NCBI GenBank assembly: GCA_965267345.1
Contig: OZ253947.1
Coordinates: 266,814 to 330,813 of the forward strand
Length of the DNA stretch: 64,000 bases
Reading direction: 5' to 3'
From: Minisyncoccota bacterium
GTDB lineage: Bacteria > Patescibacteriota > Minisyncoccia > Phycocordibacterales > UBA2100
The translations under genes and the position numbers were made by a program. Below, piece by piece: positions 8,910-18,542 of this stretch; position 1 is the first letter of the stretch, and each line of letters opens with the position of its first letter. The notes beneath the pieces were generated by a model. That model saw nothing but the letters and a program-made list of their open reading frames with translations, was not told the origin of the DNA and did no database searches.

Positions 8910-9974
8910 ATGAGCACGGAATACACGGCACTCTATCGCAAGTATCGACCGCACACATTCGACGATGTCGTGGGACAGCAGCACGTCGTGACGGTACTGC
9001 AAAAGGCGATTGCCAATAAAAAAGTTGCCCATGCGTATTTGTTTGCGGGAAGCCGCGGGACAGGAAAAACCACTATTGCGCGCATCTTGGCGCATGAAAT
9101 TGGCACCAGTGACAAAGACATCTATGAGATGGACGCCGCATCGAATCGTAAGATCGATGACTTTCGCGAGCTGAACGACTCAGTGCACACACTCCCGTTT
9201 GAGTCGGACTACAAAGTTTACATTATTGATGAGGTACACATGCTCACCAAAGAGGCGTTCAATGCCTTTTTGAAAACGCTTGAAGAGCCGCCAAAGCACG
9301 TGGTGTTTGTACTCGCCACTACTGAAATTGATAAGTTGCCCGACACTATCGTGTCGCGCTGCCAGAGCTACACCTTTGAACAGCCGACGCGCACGGTGCT
9401 TGCCGAGACGGTGACGCGTGTTGCGAAAAAAGAGAAGGTCACGCTTGAGGCAGGTGCAGCCGAGCTCATTGCCATGTTGGCTGAAGGATCGTTCCGTGAT
9501 GCACTGGGTATTTTGCAGAAAGTGCTGTCGTACTCGACTGACAAAAAGGTAACACGTTCGGAAGTTGAATCGGTGACGGGCGCCCCGCGTGCGCAGCTGG
9601 TGCACGATCTTGTTGGCGCACTGTCAGCCGGTGACGTCGATGCGGCACTTGAAGCTGTCACTGCCGCCGGTACGCAAAATATCGATATGCTCACGCTGCA
9701 AAAATTACTCCTCGATCGCGTGCGGGCGGTCATGCTATTGCGCAATGCGCCGCATCTGAAGGAGACTATTGCCGAGCAGTTTTCGAAAGACGATTTTGCC
9801 TTTCTGCAGGAGTGTGCACAGAACAAAGAGAGTCGCATTACGTCGCGTCTGCTTCACGCACTGCTTGGCGCGTACAGCGACACACCATATGCCTACATCA
9901 AACACTTGCCACTTGAACTGGCGATTATCGATACGTTGGGTGAGGGTGATAGTAGTGAAGAAAAAGGCCTATGA
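8910..9974 (+). CDS. dnaX: DNA polymerase III subunit gamma/tau (short form)
   Basis: LYRKYRP, GSRGTGKTT Walker A, IIDEVHML, KTLEEPP, SRC; ATG at 8910. Confidence 0.95.
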   Translation: MSTEYTALYRKYRPHTFDDVVGQQHVVTVLQKAIANKKVAHAYLFAGSRGTGKTTIARILAHEIGTSDKDIYEMDAASNRKIDDFRELNDSVHTLPFESDYKVYIIDEVHMLTKEAFNAFLKTLEEPPKHVVFVLATTEIDKLPDTIVSRCQSYTFEQPTRTVLAETVTRVAKKEKVTLEAGAAELIAMLAEGSFRDALGILQKVLSYSTDKKVTRSEVESVTGAPRAQLVHDLVGALSAGDVDAALEAVTAAGTQNIDMLTLQKLLLDRVRAVMLLRNAPHLKETIAEQFSKDDFAFLQECAQNKESRITSRLLHALLGAYSDTPYAYIKHLPLELAIIDTLGEGDSSEEKGL

Positions 9975-10618
9975 GTGACGTAAAGCACATTTATCTGGTT
10001 CGCCACGGACAAAGCAGGGCAAATCTCACTGGTGTGCGTGAGGCAGACGCGCATGCAGTACCACTGACCGACGAAGGGTATCGTCAGGCGCAAGTAATTG
10101 CCGAACGCTTTAAGACGATCCCAATTGAAGTGGTACTGACATCACCGTATATACGAGCGCACGATACCGGCGAAGAGATTTCGCGCGTGAATAATGTACC
10201 CATTGAAATTCTTGATCAGGCATATGAGCGTACATTTCCTACTGCAGTGGCAGGGAAAGACCGAAATGATCCGGAGGTTCGTGAGTACTATAAGCATTTT
10301 GATGAGCAGTGGCGTATGGGTGCAGCCGTTGATGACGGCGAAGGTTTCGCGGAGGTACTTGCACGCGTCAACACAGTGACACGTATTCTGGAAGAACGCC
10401 CCGAGCAACATATTGCGCTTACGACACACGGTCTTTTTACTAAGCTGTTTGTTGCGCACCATATACTGGGTGACTACCTCACGCCCGACCTCTTCGTAAA
10501 TGCGTTTGTATTCCGCTTGATGAGTACGAATACCGGCATCACCTATTTCCAAGTGCACGACGGCACCAGTTGGCGTTTGCGCGCATGGAATGACTACGCG
10601 CATTTGGGCGAATTATAA
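9971..10618 (+). CDS. Histidine phosphatase (phosphoglycerate mutase-like) family protein
   Basis: LVRHGQS, SPYIRA, THG, terminal WNDYAHL. Confidence 0.9.
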   Translation: MSDVKHIYLVRHGQSRANLTGVREADAHAVPLTDEGYRQAQVIAERFKTIPIEVVLTSPYIRAHDTGEEISRVNNVPIEILDQAYERTFPTAVAGKDRNDPEVREYYKHFDEQWRMGAAVDDGEGFAEVLARVNTVTRILEERPEQHIALTTHGLFTKLFVAHHILGDYLTPDLFVNAFVFRLMSTNTGITYFQVHDGTSWRLRAWNDYAHLGEL

Positions 10619-10657
10619 GCAGACAAAGAAGTGCTTTTTTGCTAGGATAGCCACCAT

Positions 10658-10728
10658 TGCCGGATCGTCTAATGGTAGGACGCTTGGTTTTGGTCCAAGA
10701 AATCGGGGTTCGAGTCCCTGTCCGGCAG
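10658..10728 (+). tRNA. tRNA-Gln(TTG)
   Basis: Acceptor TGCCGGA/TCCGGCA, anticodon arm CTTGG-TTTTGGT-CCAAG, T-loop GGTTCGAGTCC; CCA not encoded. Confidence 0.95.
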
Positions 10729-10730
10729 CA

Positions 10731-10930
10731 AGAGCGCTTTCAGCCCCGACGCATGTCGTCGGGGGTTTAGTCGCCTCTCTGTTCGAAAGAGACTCGAAAA
10801 GCGGAGGCGAGGTACCCAGCCCTTCGCGAAGGGCTGGGTCGCCGAGCTCGGGTAGGAGGCACCCAGTAGAATTCGAGCGCGCGAAGAATTATACTGAGGT
10901 GACCTGACACCGACTCCTTGTCCGGCTCCA
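10731..10930. repeat. 200-bp palindrome-rich element ending in a degenerate copy of the tRNA-Gln 3' end
   Basis: 10911-10930 CGACTCCTTGTCCGGCTCCA vs 10711-10730 CGAGTCCCTGTCCGGCAGCA (16/20); perfect palindrome ACCCAGCCCTTCGCGAAGGGCTGGGT at 10814-10839. Confidence 0.65.
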
Positions 10931-10955
10931 AGTTTGCTATAGTTTATATAAATTT

Positions 10956-12509
10956 ATGTGTGGAATTGCCGCAGTAACAGGCGACATAGACTCCAAGCAG
11001 GAGAAGCTGTATTTTGCACTATCTAAAATGGAACATCGCGGAGATCATCATTTTGAAATAATTTCGAACGAACAAATTGCCATTGGGGCAAACAGACTCG
11101 CTATTGTGGACGAATCGGATGGTCAGCAACCAAAGGCTAACGAAGACAGCAGTGTGTTGGTTGTGCAAAATGGTGAGATTTTTAATTACAAAATGCTTCT
11201 TGATGAACTAGAAAGAGATGGACACAGCTTTTCTTCGCAATCTGACACAGAAGTACTGGTGCATCTCTGGGAAGAATGCAAAGAGCAAATGCTTGGCAAA
11301 CTGGATTCTGAGATGTTTGCCTTCGTGTTGTTTGACAGGACCGATCAAACCATTTTTGCGGCAAGGGATCGTCTTGGAGTAAAACCGCTTTATTACGCAA
11401 AAATGGATAAAGGCTATTTATTTTCATCAGAAATAAAAGGGCTGGTTGAGATTGAGGGGGTCGATGAAATTAACGAATTTCCGCCAGGACACTATTTTCT
11501 CAATGGAAAGTTTGTACAATACTACCAACTTCCAAAAGGGGATAAGGTAAAAGAAATCTCAGAAGATGAAGCAGTAAAAGACCTCAGCTCAATTCTTGAA
11601 TCAGCGGTTAAAAAGAGGGTCGATACCGAGCTTCCAGTCGGTGTTTTCTTAAGTGGCGGCGTTGATAGTAGTTTTGTTATGGAACTTGCTACACGACATC
11701 ACTCAAATGTAACGGCATTAGTTCTTGGCACAGAGGACTCTTCCGATTTTACATTTGCTCGTGATTTATGTGAACGTAAGGGTTGGAAATATCATTCGGT
11801 AATTCCCGAAATTGATTATGAAAGGATGCTTTCAGACATTGTGTATCACTTGGAATCTTTTGACCCTAATGCGGTACGACATTCTTTTGCCAATGATGCT
11901 ATTTCGAAACTTGCTAGAGATAAAGGGTTCAAGGTTATCCTTACGGGTGAGGGTTCTGATGAACTGTTTGCTGGATATAACGAGTTTCTTGAAATTGAGC
12001 CAGATAAAGTAAACTTGGGGTGCAGGCTTCTTTTGGAATCAATGTCGCGAGGGCATCTCATGCGTGTTGATAAACTCGCAATGTGCCATACCATAGAGAC
12101 TAGAGTGCCATTTTTTGATAATGAGATGGTTGAGTTTGCCATGTCACTCAGCTCTTTATTTAAAGTAGGAAGTTATAATGGGAAAAAATATACAAAACTT
12201 ATACTCAGAAAAGCAGCATTAGATTATCTTCCCGAGAATATAGTCTTTAGACAAAAAGAAGCTTTTGCTAATGGTGCTGGCATGCAAGTAGGATTTAACT
12301 ATAAAAAAGCAGATGGAATTCTGAGTGAAATTGCTAGAAAAGTTATTTCTAATGAAGAGCTGGAAAAGGTAAAGAAGCAATACTCTGAGTACAAACTAGA
12401 AACCAAGGAAGAGGTTTTGATTTTCAACGAATACGCTAAATTTGGCTATACTCAGTTTGCAGAAGGAAGAAAGCGTCTCATAATGAAAGATACACTTTTA
12501 ACCATATAA
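10956..12509 (+). CDS. asnB: Asparagine synthase (glutamine-hydrolysing) family amidotransferase, AT-rich
   Basis: MCGI Ntn start, NGEIFNY, ARDRLGVKPLYY, LSGGVDSS, TGEGSDELFAGY, ETRVPFFD. Confidence 0.92.
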   Translation: MCGIAAVTGDIDSKQEKLYFALSKMEHRGDHHFEIISNEQIAIGANRLAIVDESDGQQPKANEDSSVLVVQNGEIFNYKMLLDELERDGHSFSSQSDTEVLVHLWEECKEQMLGKLDSEMFAFVLFDRTDQTIFAARDRLGVKPLYYAKMDKGYLFSSEIKGLVEIEGVDEINEFPPGHYFLNGKFVQYYQLPKGDKVKEISEDEAVKDLSSILESAVKKRVDTELPVGVFLSGGVDSSFVMELATRHHSNVTALVLGTEDSSDFTFARDLCERKGWKYHSVIPEIDYERMLSDIVYHLESFDPNAVRHSFANDAISKLARDKGFKVILTGEGSDELFAGYNEFLEIEPDKVNLGCRLLLESMSRGHLMRVDKLAMCHTIETRVPFFDNEMVEFAMSLSSLFKVGSYNGKKYTKLILRKAALDYLPENIVFRQKEAFANGAGMQVGFNYKKADGILSEIARKVISNEELEKVKKQYSEYKLETKEEVLIFNEYAKFGYTQFAEGRKRLIMKDTLLTI

Positions 12510-12599
12510 AGAAAGCCCATCGTCTTCCCAAACAGCTAGCCACGGTTGACCCCAGAGCATGCCTCTGGGGCCTTTGGCAACATGTGGTACTATCATCGT

Positions 12600-12926
12600 A
12601 TGCATCACAACATTCTCATAACAACTGCAGAGACCGTTGCCGGACGCGAGGTGGCCAAAACACTCGGGCTCGTACGCGGCAATACCATTCGTGCACGACA
12701 CATTGGTAGTGACATCGGCGCTGCCCTTAAAGGACTCGTCGGTGGCGAGATTCGCGGTTACGTTAAGGTTATGACGCAAGCGCGCGATGAGGCAATTGAA
12801 CGCATGTGTGCGGAAGCAAAAGAAATGGGTGCTGACGCAATCATTGCAACACGCGTTTCAACATCGCAGGTCATGGACGGAGCGGCCGAAATACTCGTGT
12901 ACGGCACAGCGGTGAAGCTCAAGTAG
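12600..12926 (+). CDS. YbjQ/UPF0145 family protein
   Basis: LGLVRGN, GLVGGEIRGY, GADAII, EILVYGTAVKL; ATG 6 nt after a TACTAT -10 box. Confidence 0.9.
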   Translation: MHHNILITTAETVAGREVAKTLGLVRGNTIRARHIGSDIGAALKGLVGGEIRGYVKVMTQARDEAIERMCAEAKEMGADAIIATRVSTSQVMDGAAEILVYGTAVKLK

Positions 12927-12936
12927 CAGACCTGTA

Positions 12937-12966
12937 AAAAACTCTTGAGTTAATTCAAGAGTTTTT
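12937..12966. terminator. Intrinsic (bidirectional-type) terminator
   Basis: AAAAACTCTTGA-GTTAAT-TCAAGAGTTTTT. Confidence 0.75.
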
Positions 12967-13067
12967 GTGCACAGAGGTTGGTTAGTACACGCGCACAAAT
13001 TGACCTTTCGCTACTTCCAGCGTACTCTCATACGACGCGCGAACGTCGTGCGTTTTATTTTTTGCAT

Positions 13068-14852
13068 ATGGAAATTCGAAATATAGCGATTATTGCGCAC
13101 GTCGACCATGGTAAGACGACGCTTACTGACGGCCTCATGGAGGTTACCGGTGCTGGTGCAGCGGGACGTAGCATGGACAGTAACCAGCTCGAACAGGAGC
13201 GTGGCATAACCATTTACGCCAAAAACACCTCAGTTGAATATAACGGGACGAAGATCAACATCGTCGACACTCCAGGGCACGCGGATTTCGGCTCTGAAGT
13301 TGAGCGCGTCTTGCGCTCAATTGATAGCGTCTTGCTCGTTGTCGATGCACAAGAAGGGCCAATGCCACAGACACGTTTTGTGTTGAAGAAGTCGATCGAG
13401 CTCGGTCATAAGCCAATTGTAGTGATTAATAAGATCGATAAGCCGGCCGCAGATCCGGCGCGGTGTGAGGAGCAGGTGCTTGAGCTCTTCATGGAGCTTG
13501 GCGCAAGCGATGCACAGACGGATTTTCCGGTTGTCTATGCAATCGGTCGGGATAAACAGGCAAAGCGCGGCATTAACGATGAGCTTACCGACCTTACACC
13601 AATTTTAGATACCATTCTTGAGCACGTGCCCGCAGCGCGTGGCTACCACGAGGGTGACGCACTTCGCGCGCAAGTGTTTAACCTTGGCTACGACAACTTT
13701 TTGGGACGCCTTGCTGTTGCGCGTGTCTACGAGGGAAAGCTGCGCAACGGACAGCAGGTGATCATAAAGCACAATGAGGAGACGCCGTACACAGGGAAAA
13801 TTGTAAAACTCTCAACCTACAAAGGCGTACAGCAAATCGAGACAGCCGAAGCGTTTGCGGGTGACATTGTTCTCATTGCGGGACTTGAAAAAATACGCAT
13901 TGGCGATACCATCACTGACAATGAGCAGGCAGAGCCACTACCGGCCATTAACGTAGACGAGCCAACCGTGACCATGCGCTTCTTGGTGAACTCATCACCA
14001 TTTGTTGGGCGTGAGGGAAAGTACGTCACGAGTCGTCAAATTGGTGACCGACTCGAGAAAGAGCTCGAGATAAACGTCGGGCTTCAGGTTGAGCGCGGGG
14101 AAGGGGATTCATTTACCGTAAAGGGACGCGGCGAGATGCATATCGCTATTCTTCTTGAAAACATGCGCCGTGAGGGCTACGAACTCTCTGTCTCGCAGCC
14201 ACAGGTTATCGTAAAGGAGGTTGATGGAGTAAAAAGTGAGCCGTTTGAGGAAGTCACCATTGATATTCCGAGCGAGTATCAGGGCGTCGTCATCGAGCGC
14301 ATCTCAAGTCGTGGCTTTGTCATGCAACAGATGCTTACGCATGAAAATCAGGTACGTCTTATTTTTGAAGGGCCAACGCGTGGGCTACTCGGGTACCGCA
14401 ACCAATTTACCGTCGACACAAAGGGTGAAGGTATTCTCGCGTCACGCTTTCTTGAATTTCGCCCACACGCGGGAGCCATTACGCGACGCCGTGTCGGCTC
14501 AATGACAAGCATCGCCACCGGCAAAGCACTCGGCTTTGCACTGGCCGGTCTGCAGGAGCGAGGCGAGTTGTATATTGGCCCAGGTACTGAAGTGTACGAG
14601 GGCATGGTCATTGGCAATACCAGTAAAGGCGACGAGATGGTAGTGAATCCAACGAAGGGGAAACAGCTCACCAACATGCGTGCCTCTGGGAGTGACGAGA
14701 ACATCAAACTCACGCCACCGCGCCCGCTCACCATTGAGCTCGGCCTTGAAATTGTGCAGGAAGATGAGTACGTGGAAGTGTGCCCTGTCTCAGTTCGATT
14801 GCGCAAGCAAAAGCTCAAAGAGTCAGAGCGAAAGCGTCACCTGCAAAAGTAG
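13068..14852 (+). CDS. typA: Translational GTPase TypA/BipA
   Basis: [55 protein letters not shown]. Confidence 0.96.
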   Translation: MEIRNIAIIAHVDHGKTTLTDGLMEVTGAGAAGRSMDSNQLEQERGITIYAKNTSVEYNGTKINIVDTPGHADFGSEVERVLRSIDSVLLVVDAQEGPMPQTRFVLKKSIELGHKPIVVINKIDKPAADPARCEEQVLELFMELGASDAQTDFPVVYAIGRDKQAKRGINDELTDLTPILDTILEHVPAARGYHEGDALRAQVFNLGYDNFLGRLAVARVYEGKLRNGQQVIIKHNEETPYTGKIVKLSTYKGVQQIETAEAFAGDIVLIAGLEKIRIGDTITDNEQAEPLPAINVDEPTVTMRFLVNSSPFVGREGKYVTSRQIGDRLEKELEINVGLQVERGEGDSFTVKGRGEMHIAILLENMRREGYELSVSQPQVIVKEVDGVKSEPFEEVTIDIPSEYQGVVIERISSRGFVMQQMLTHENQVRLIFEGPTRGLLGYRNQFTVDTKGEGILASRFLEFRPHAGAITRRRVGSMTSIATGKALGFALAGLQERGELYIGPGTEVYEGMVIGNTSKGDEMVVNPTKGKQLTNMRASGSDENIKLTPPRPLTIELGLEIVQEDEYVEVCPVSVRLRKQKLKESERKRHLQK

Positions 14853-14978
14853 CACAACATTGACATGCGGCTCTGTGCATGTCATCATATCGCCATCTTG
14901 AAGATACTCGTGTAGGGCTCTTTGGGTGGTGAGACCTCTCTCACAATTATTTCACCTGCACAGCCTTACGAATTACAT

Positions 14979-16187
14979 ATGAATCAAACACAACAACGGC
15001 GTCGCCGTTCGTCGTCTCGTCGTGCATCACATTCGCGACGCAATCACACGCAACGCTCAGGCGGAAATCGCTCGCGTCGTGGCACCAGTACATTTGACGT
15101 ATCACGTTACATTAATACAGCTACACCAAGTGAACCGGCGCCCACTGCGGTCGTCGATCATGTGTTCGCCGATTTTGGCTTGGATGCGACACTTGAGCGA
15201 ACTATTACGGCGCAGGGGTTTACGGCGCCAACACCAATCCAAGACAAGATCATTCCACATATTTTGCGCGGGGTAGATGTGATTGGTCTCTCAAACACCG
15301 GTACGGGAAAAACTGCCGCGTTTCTTATTCCGCTCATCGAAAAAGCCCTGCAGGATGACACGCAGCAAACACTCATCCTTGCTCCGACGCGCGAGTTGGC
15401 GATACAAATCCAAAATGAACTTCGTCTGTTGACGAAAGGCCTCACCATGTATGCCACGGTATGTGTCGGCGGTATGAACATCACACCGCAACTACGTAGT
15501 CTGCGTCGAAAGAATCACTTCATCATCGGTACCCCAGGGCGTGTTATTGACGTGCTTGAACGTGGATGCCTCCAGCCGGAACGAATCACATCGGTGGTGC
15601 TTGATGAAGCGGATCGCATGCTGGATATGGGATTTATTGCTGACATGCGCACGATACTTTCCCGCATTCCCACAACGCGACACACGATGCTTTTCTCAGC
15701 AACGATGTCGCCGCATATCAAAAAGCTCATCGATGACTTCCTGAAAAATCCGGTGACGGTATCAGTAAAGCAACAGGATATTACAACCAGCATTGAGCAA
15801 GACGTTGTTCGCATTGCGGGCGACGATAAGTTTGATGTTCTTGCGCGTTTACTTGCTGATACCGCATTCTCGCGTGTCTTGGTGTTTGGTGCCATGAAGC
15901 ATAGTGTTGAGCGACTGAGTAAACAACTCAAAGCTTCGGGCATACGTGCTGAATCAATACACGGAAACAAATCACACACACAGCGTCAACGTGCTCTGCA
16001 GGCATTTAAAGAAGGTCGTGCGCAAGTACTTGTGGCAACTGATGTTGCAGCGCGTGGTATCCACGTTGATGCCGTGTCACACGTCATCAACTACGATCTC
16101 CCGAATACGTACGAAGACTACGTACACCGTATTGGACGTACGGGCCGTGGCGCGCACAGGGGCAGAGCGCTCACCTTCGTGGCCTAA
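14979..16187 (+). CDS. DEAD-box RNA helicase with Arg/Ser-rich N-terminal extension
   Basis: Q motif, TGTGKT, PTRELA, DEAD, SAT, ARGI, HRIGRTGR. Confidence 0.95.
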   Translation: MNQTQQRRRRSSSRRASHSRRNHTQRSGGNRSRRGTSTFDVSRYINTATPSEPAPTAVVDHVFADFGLDATLERTITAQGFTAPTPIQDKIIPHILRGVDVIGLSNTGTGKTAAFLIPLIEKALQDDTQQTLILAPTRELAIQIQNELRLLTKGLTMYATVCVGGMNITPQLRSLRRKNHFIIGTPGRVIDVLERGCLQPERITSVVLDEADRMLDMGFIADMRTILSRIPTTRHTMLFSATMSPHIKKLIDDFLKNPVTVSVKQQDITTSIEQDVVRIAGDDKFDVLARLLADTAFSRVLVFGAMKHSVERLSKQLKASGIRAESIHGNKSHTQRQRALQAFKEGRAQVLVATDVAARGIHVDAVSHVINYDLPNTYEDYVHRIGRTGRGAHRGRALTFVA

Positions 16188-16276
16188 CTGGCGTAGTGAA
16201 TACTGAAACCTATTGAGTTATCTCTAGAGATAATGCAAGAGTTAACGCGCGCGCCTGCATTTGGTATACTCGGCGC

Positions 16277-16486
16277 ACGACCACGCAACGAATTGCCTTT
16301 GGTGCGCTTAGTGCCGCAGTGGTATATATGGCCACGTACGCGGGTATTCAGGCGTATCGTGACGAAGTTGTGTATTTGGAAGTTATTGCCGGCGGCCTTG
16401 CCTTTGGCATCGCATTCTTTTGCATCCAACTTTTTATCCAACGTCGTAAGGAGAAACGCTCCAACGACACCGATCAGTCAGTTTAA
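16277..16486 (+). CDS. Small two-TM membrane protein (69 aa if started at ACG; possible pseudogene or later start)
   Basis: Open frame TTTQRIAFGALSAAVVYMATYAGIQ...IAGGLAFGIAFFCIQLFIQRRKEK; ACG lies 6 nt after TGGTATACT; not in the ORF track. Confidence 0.55.
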   Translation, partial: TTTQRIAFGALSAAVVYMATYAGIQAYRDEVVYLEVIAGGLAFGIAFFCIQLFIQRRKEKRSNDTDQSV

Positions 16487-16500
16487 ATTCCACCATCTGT

Positions 16501-17148
16501 ATGAAGCATGTTGCCATTTCTATTGTCGCTGCCCTTGTTGTCGGTGTTGCGGCATTTTGGCTCTTTTGGAATGAGCAGAGCGTACCCACACCGCCGACTG
16601 AGCCGACTGCTGAGGAAACAGACAGTGCTGCAGCTGAATGGGTGACCTACACGAACGACACCTACAACTTTAGTCTTTCCCACCCGAACGACTGGGAAGT
16701 GCAAGAAGCACTCAAACCGCAGGAAATTCGCGCACTTCACGAGATATACATACAAGAGCGTGATCCAAACCCGCAGTGGCGTGCTGATGTGACCATTCAA
16801 GTGTTTGCAAATTATGATGACCTTACGCTGATGCAGTGGTGGGAGCAGTGGCTCAACGACGAAGACGCTGAGGCAGCTGAGTGTCGTGCAGAATACGGTG
16901 ATGAAGCGCCGTGTCTGTATTTGCGCGGTATGCTCGAGAGCCAAACGCAGACGACGTATGCGGGTACCGATGCATTGGCGGTCGAACTGTTCCAGTTTGA
17001 CCATACACGTGGCTGTACCTACTTCACGCACGATGACGTTATCCTCGGCGTGTGCAGCGTTGTCGGCGAGAATCCAAATGACCCAAATGCCGCTGCGCAC
17101 CGCGCAGAAATACAGCGGATACGCGAATCGCTCTCACTCGACGCCTAA
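16501..17148 (+). CDS. Membrane-anchored extracytoplasmic protein with PsbP-like start
   Basis: N-terminal TM helix, Pro/Thr linker, WVTYTNDTYNFSLSHPNDW, four Cys. Confidence 0.65.
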   Translation: MKHVAISIVAALVVGVAAFWLFWNEQSVPTPPTEPTAEETDSAAAEWVTYTNDTYNFSLSHPNDWEVQEALKPQEIRALHEIYIQERDPNPQWRADVTIQVFANYDDLTLMQWWEQWLNDEDAEAAECRAEYGDEAPCLYLRGMLESQTQTTYAGTDALAVELFQFDHTRGCTYFTHDDVILGVCSVVGENPNDPNAAAHRAEIQRIRESLSLDA

Positions 17149-17237
17149 AAGCGCACGCGCACTGCACAGCGGTGCTTTTACATACGGCCGCTGATACGCT
17201 ACTATCGCACGTGGAATCAACCAAGGGGAGTTCCATA

Positions 17238-17488
17238 ATGCCTAGAAACAGTAGGAGAGTGCGCCCTCGTGGACACTCTGCTTGGATTCGCAATAACGCA
17301 AGTCTCGAAGCCGGTATCAGTAAAAACCTGCGCAAAAAGTTTAAGGCTGGCGATGACGTACAACTAGCGCAGGATCCCAAAGGGGAACCTTTCGCGTGAA
17401 GTGCCAAAACGAACATGGCATGTACGTTCTTGAAGGCAAGGCGTTCGCGGGTCAAGTCTTTTCAGGTTTCGACCTCGTAAAAGTCTGA
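17238..17488 (+). pseudogene. Small SD-led ORF apparently split by a frameshift near 17379-17385
   Basis: AAGGGGAG SD and ATG 17238; frame stops at 17399, but the -1 frame continues GTFRVKCQNEHGMYVLEGK...LVKV to TGA 17488, just before a terminator. Confidence 0.45.
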
Positions 17489-17501
17489 TCTGGAAGTAGG
17501 C

Positions 17502-17540
17502 AGAAAAAGCGCCGGCGCAGCACATGTGCCGGCGCTTTCT
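17502..17540 (+). terminator. Intrinsic terminator
   Basis: AAAGCGCCGGC...GCCGGCGCTTT hairpin. Confidence 0.7.
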
Positions 17541-17658
17541 ATGTCCACAACGTAATTGTGTACTTTACGTACGAGTGTGGCACCCTTAACGTAGTACTGC
17601 GCAGTATGCGCTCTGCTAATATTATTTATGAAAAGTAAGTAGATGTAATTATATTTGT

Positions 17659-18468
17659 ATGCCAGACCAAAATCAGCAACAGCCGCAGAACACCCCTAAC
17701 ACCGGAAACATGGGTGGCGCATCGCACGAGGCGCCAAACATGCAGCAGCCACCACAGGCAACGATGCAGCACGAGCAGCAACCACGTGGAAACGGTGGTG
17801 GATCACGCATGGTGACATGGGGTATTGTCGCTATCGTTGTGCTTGCACTCATTGGTGCCGGCGCATATGCGTACATGAATGACATGATTCCCGGACTTTC
17901 AACGGGTGCCATGATGCAGGATGATGACACCAGTGAAGTTGTTGCGACTGTAAACGGCGAAACCATTACACGTAATGACGTTGCAGCAGCAAAAGCACAG
18001 CAGCAGGCAGCCGGCGGTCAGGAAGCAACTGACCAACAGGTGGTTGATGCACTCATTGCCAACGCACTGGTGATGCAGGATGCGGCCGCTCAAGGAGCTG
18101 TCGCAACCGAAACTGAAATTGACCAGCAAATTGCACAGGTGCGCAGCCAATTTGACACTGAGGCCGAGTTTGAAGCGGCTCTGCAGGAGCAGGGTGTAAC
18201 GCTAAACGAGTTTCGTGCAGGTGTTGCTGACCAACTGACGATTCAAAAGTACCTCACCGCAAACATTGATACTAATGCAATCACGGTGACTGAAGAGGAA
18301 ATTCAGACTGCGTACGACCAGATTGCGGCATCGCAGGATGATATTCCAACGCTGGAAGACGTGAGTTCACAGATCGAGTCATTGCTCTTGCAACAGAAAC
18401 AGCAACAACTCATCAATGAGCTCGTTGCCGAGCTCCGTGCCGACGCAGAGATCGACATAACCCTCTAG
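17659..18468 (+). CDS. SurA N-terminal-domain / PrsA-like membrane-anchored chaperone
   Basis: Gln-rich N-terminus, TM helix, VVATVNGETIT, C-terminal LVAELRADAEIDI; no parvulin domain. Confidence 0.8.
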   Translation: MPDQNQQQPQNTPNTGNMGGASHEAPNMQQPPQATMQHEQQPRGNGGGSRMVTWGIVAIVVLALIGAGAYAYMNDMIPGLSTGAMMQDDDTSEVVATVNGETITRNDVAAAKAQQQAAGGQEATDQQVVDALIANALVMQDAAAQGAVATETEIDQQIAQVRSQFDTEAEFEAALQEQGVTLNEFRAGVADQLTIQKYLTANIDTNAITVTEEEIQTAYDQIAASQDDIPTLEDVSSQIESLLLQQKQQQLINELVAELRADAEIDITL

Positions 18469-18491
18469 AGGTACACGGTAGATACAAGTAC

Positions 18492-18518
18492 AAAAGCGCC
18501 ATGTCGATGGCGCTTTTT
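18492..18518 (+). terminator. Intrinsic terminator
   Basis: AAAAGCGCCAT-GTCG-ATGGCGCTTTTT. Confidence 0.75.
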
Positions 18519-18542
18519 GCGTGGTTTTGCTATTCTGAATGC

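Noticed and set aside
10590-10907. 105-aa ORF in the track
   Set aside because: Overlaps tRNA-Gln and the palindromic element; no coding features
10956-12509. Lasso-peptide cyclase interpretation of asnB
   Set aside because: Intact N-terminal Cys glutaminase domain; no precursor, B protein or transporter nearby
16184-16574. Track ORFs 16184-16441(-) and 16233-16574(+), and a possible tmRNA
   Set aside because: No tRNA-like ends or tag peptide; the 16277-16486 frame gives a more protein-like product
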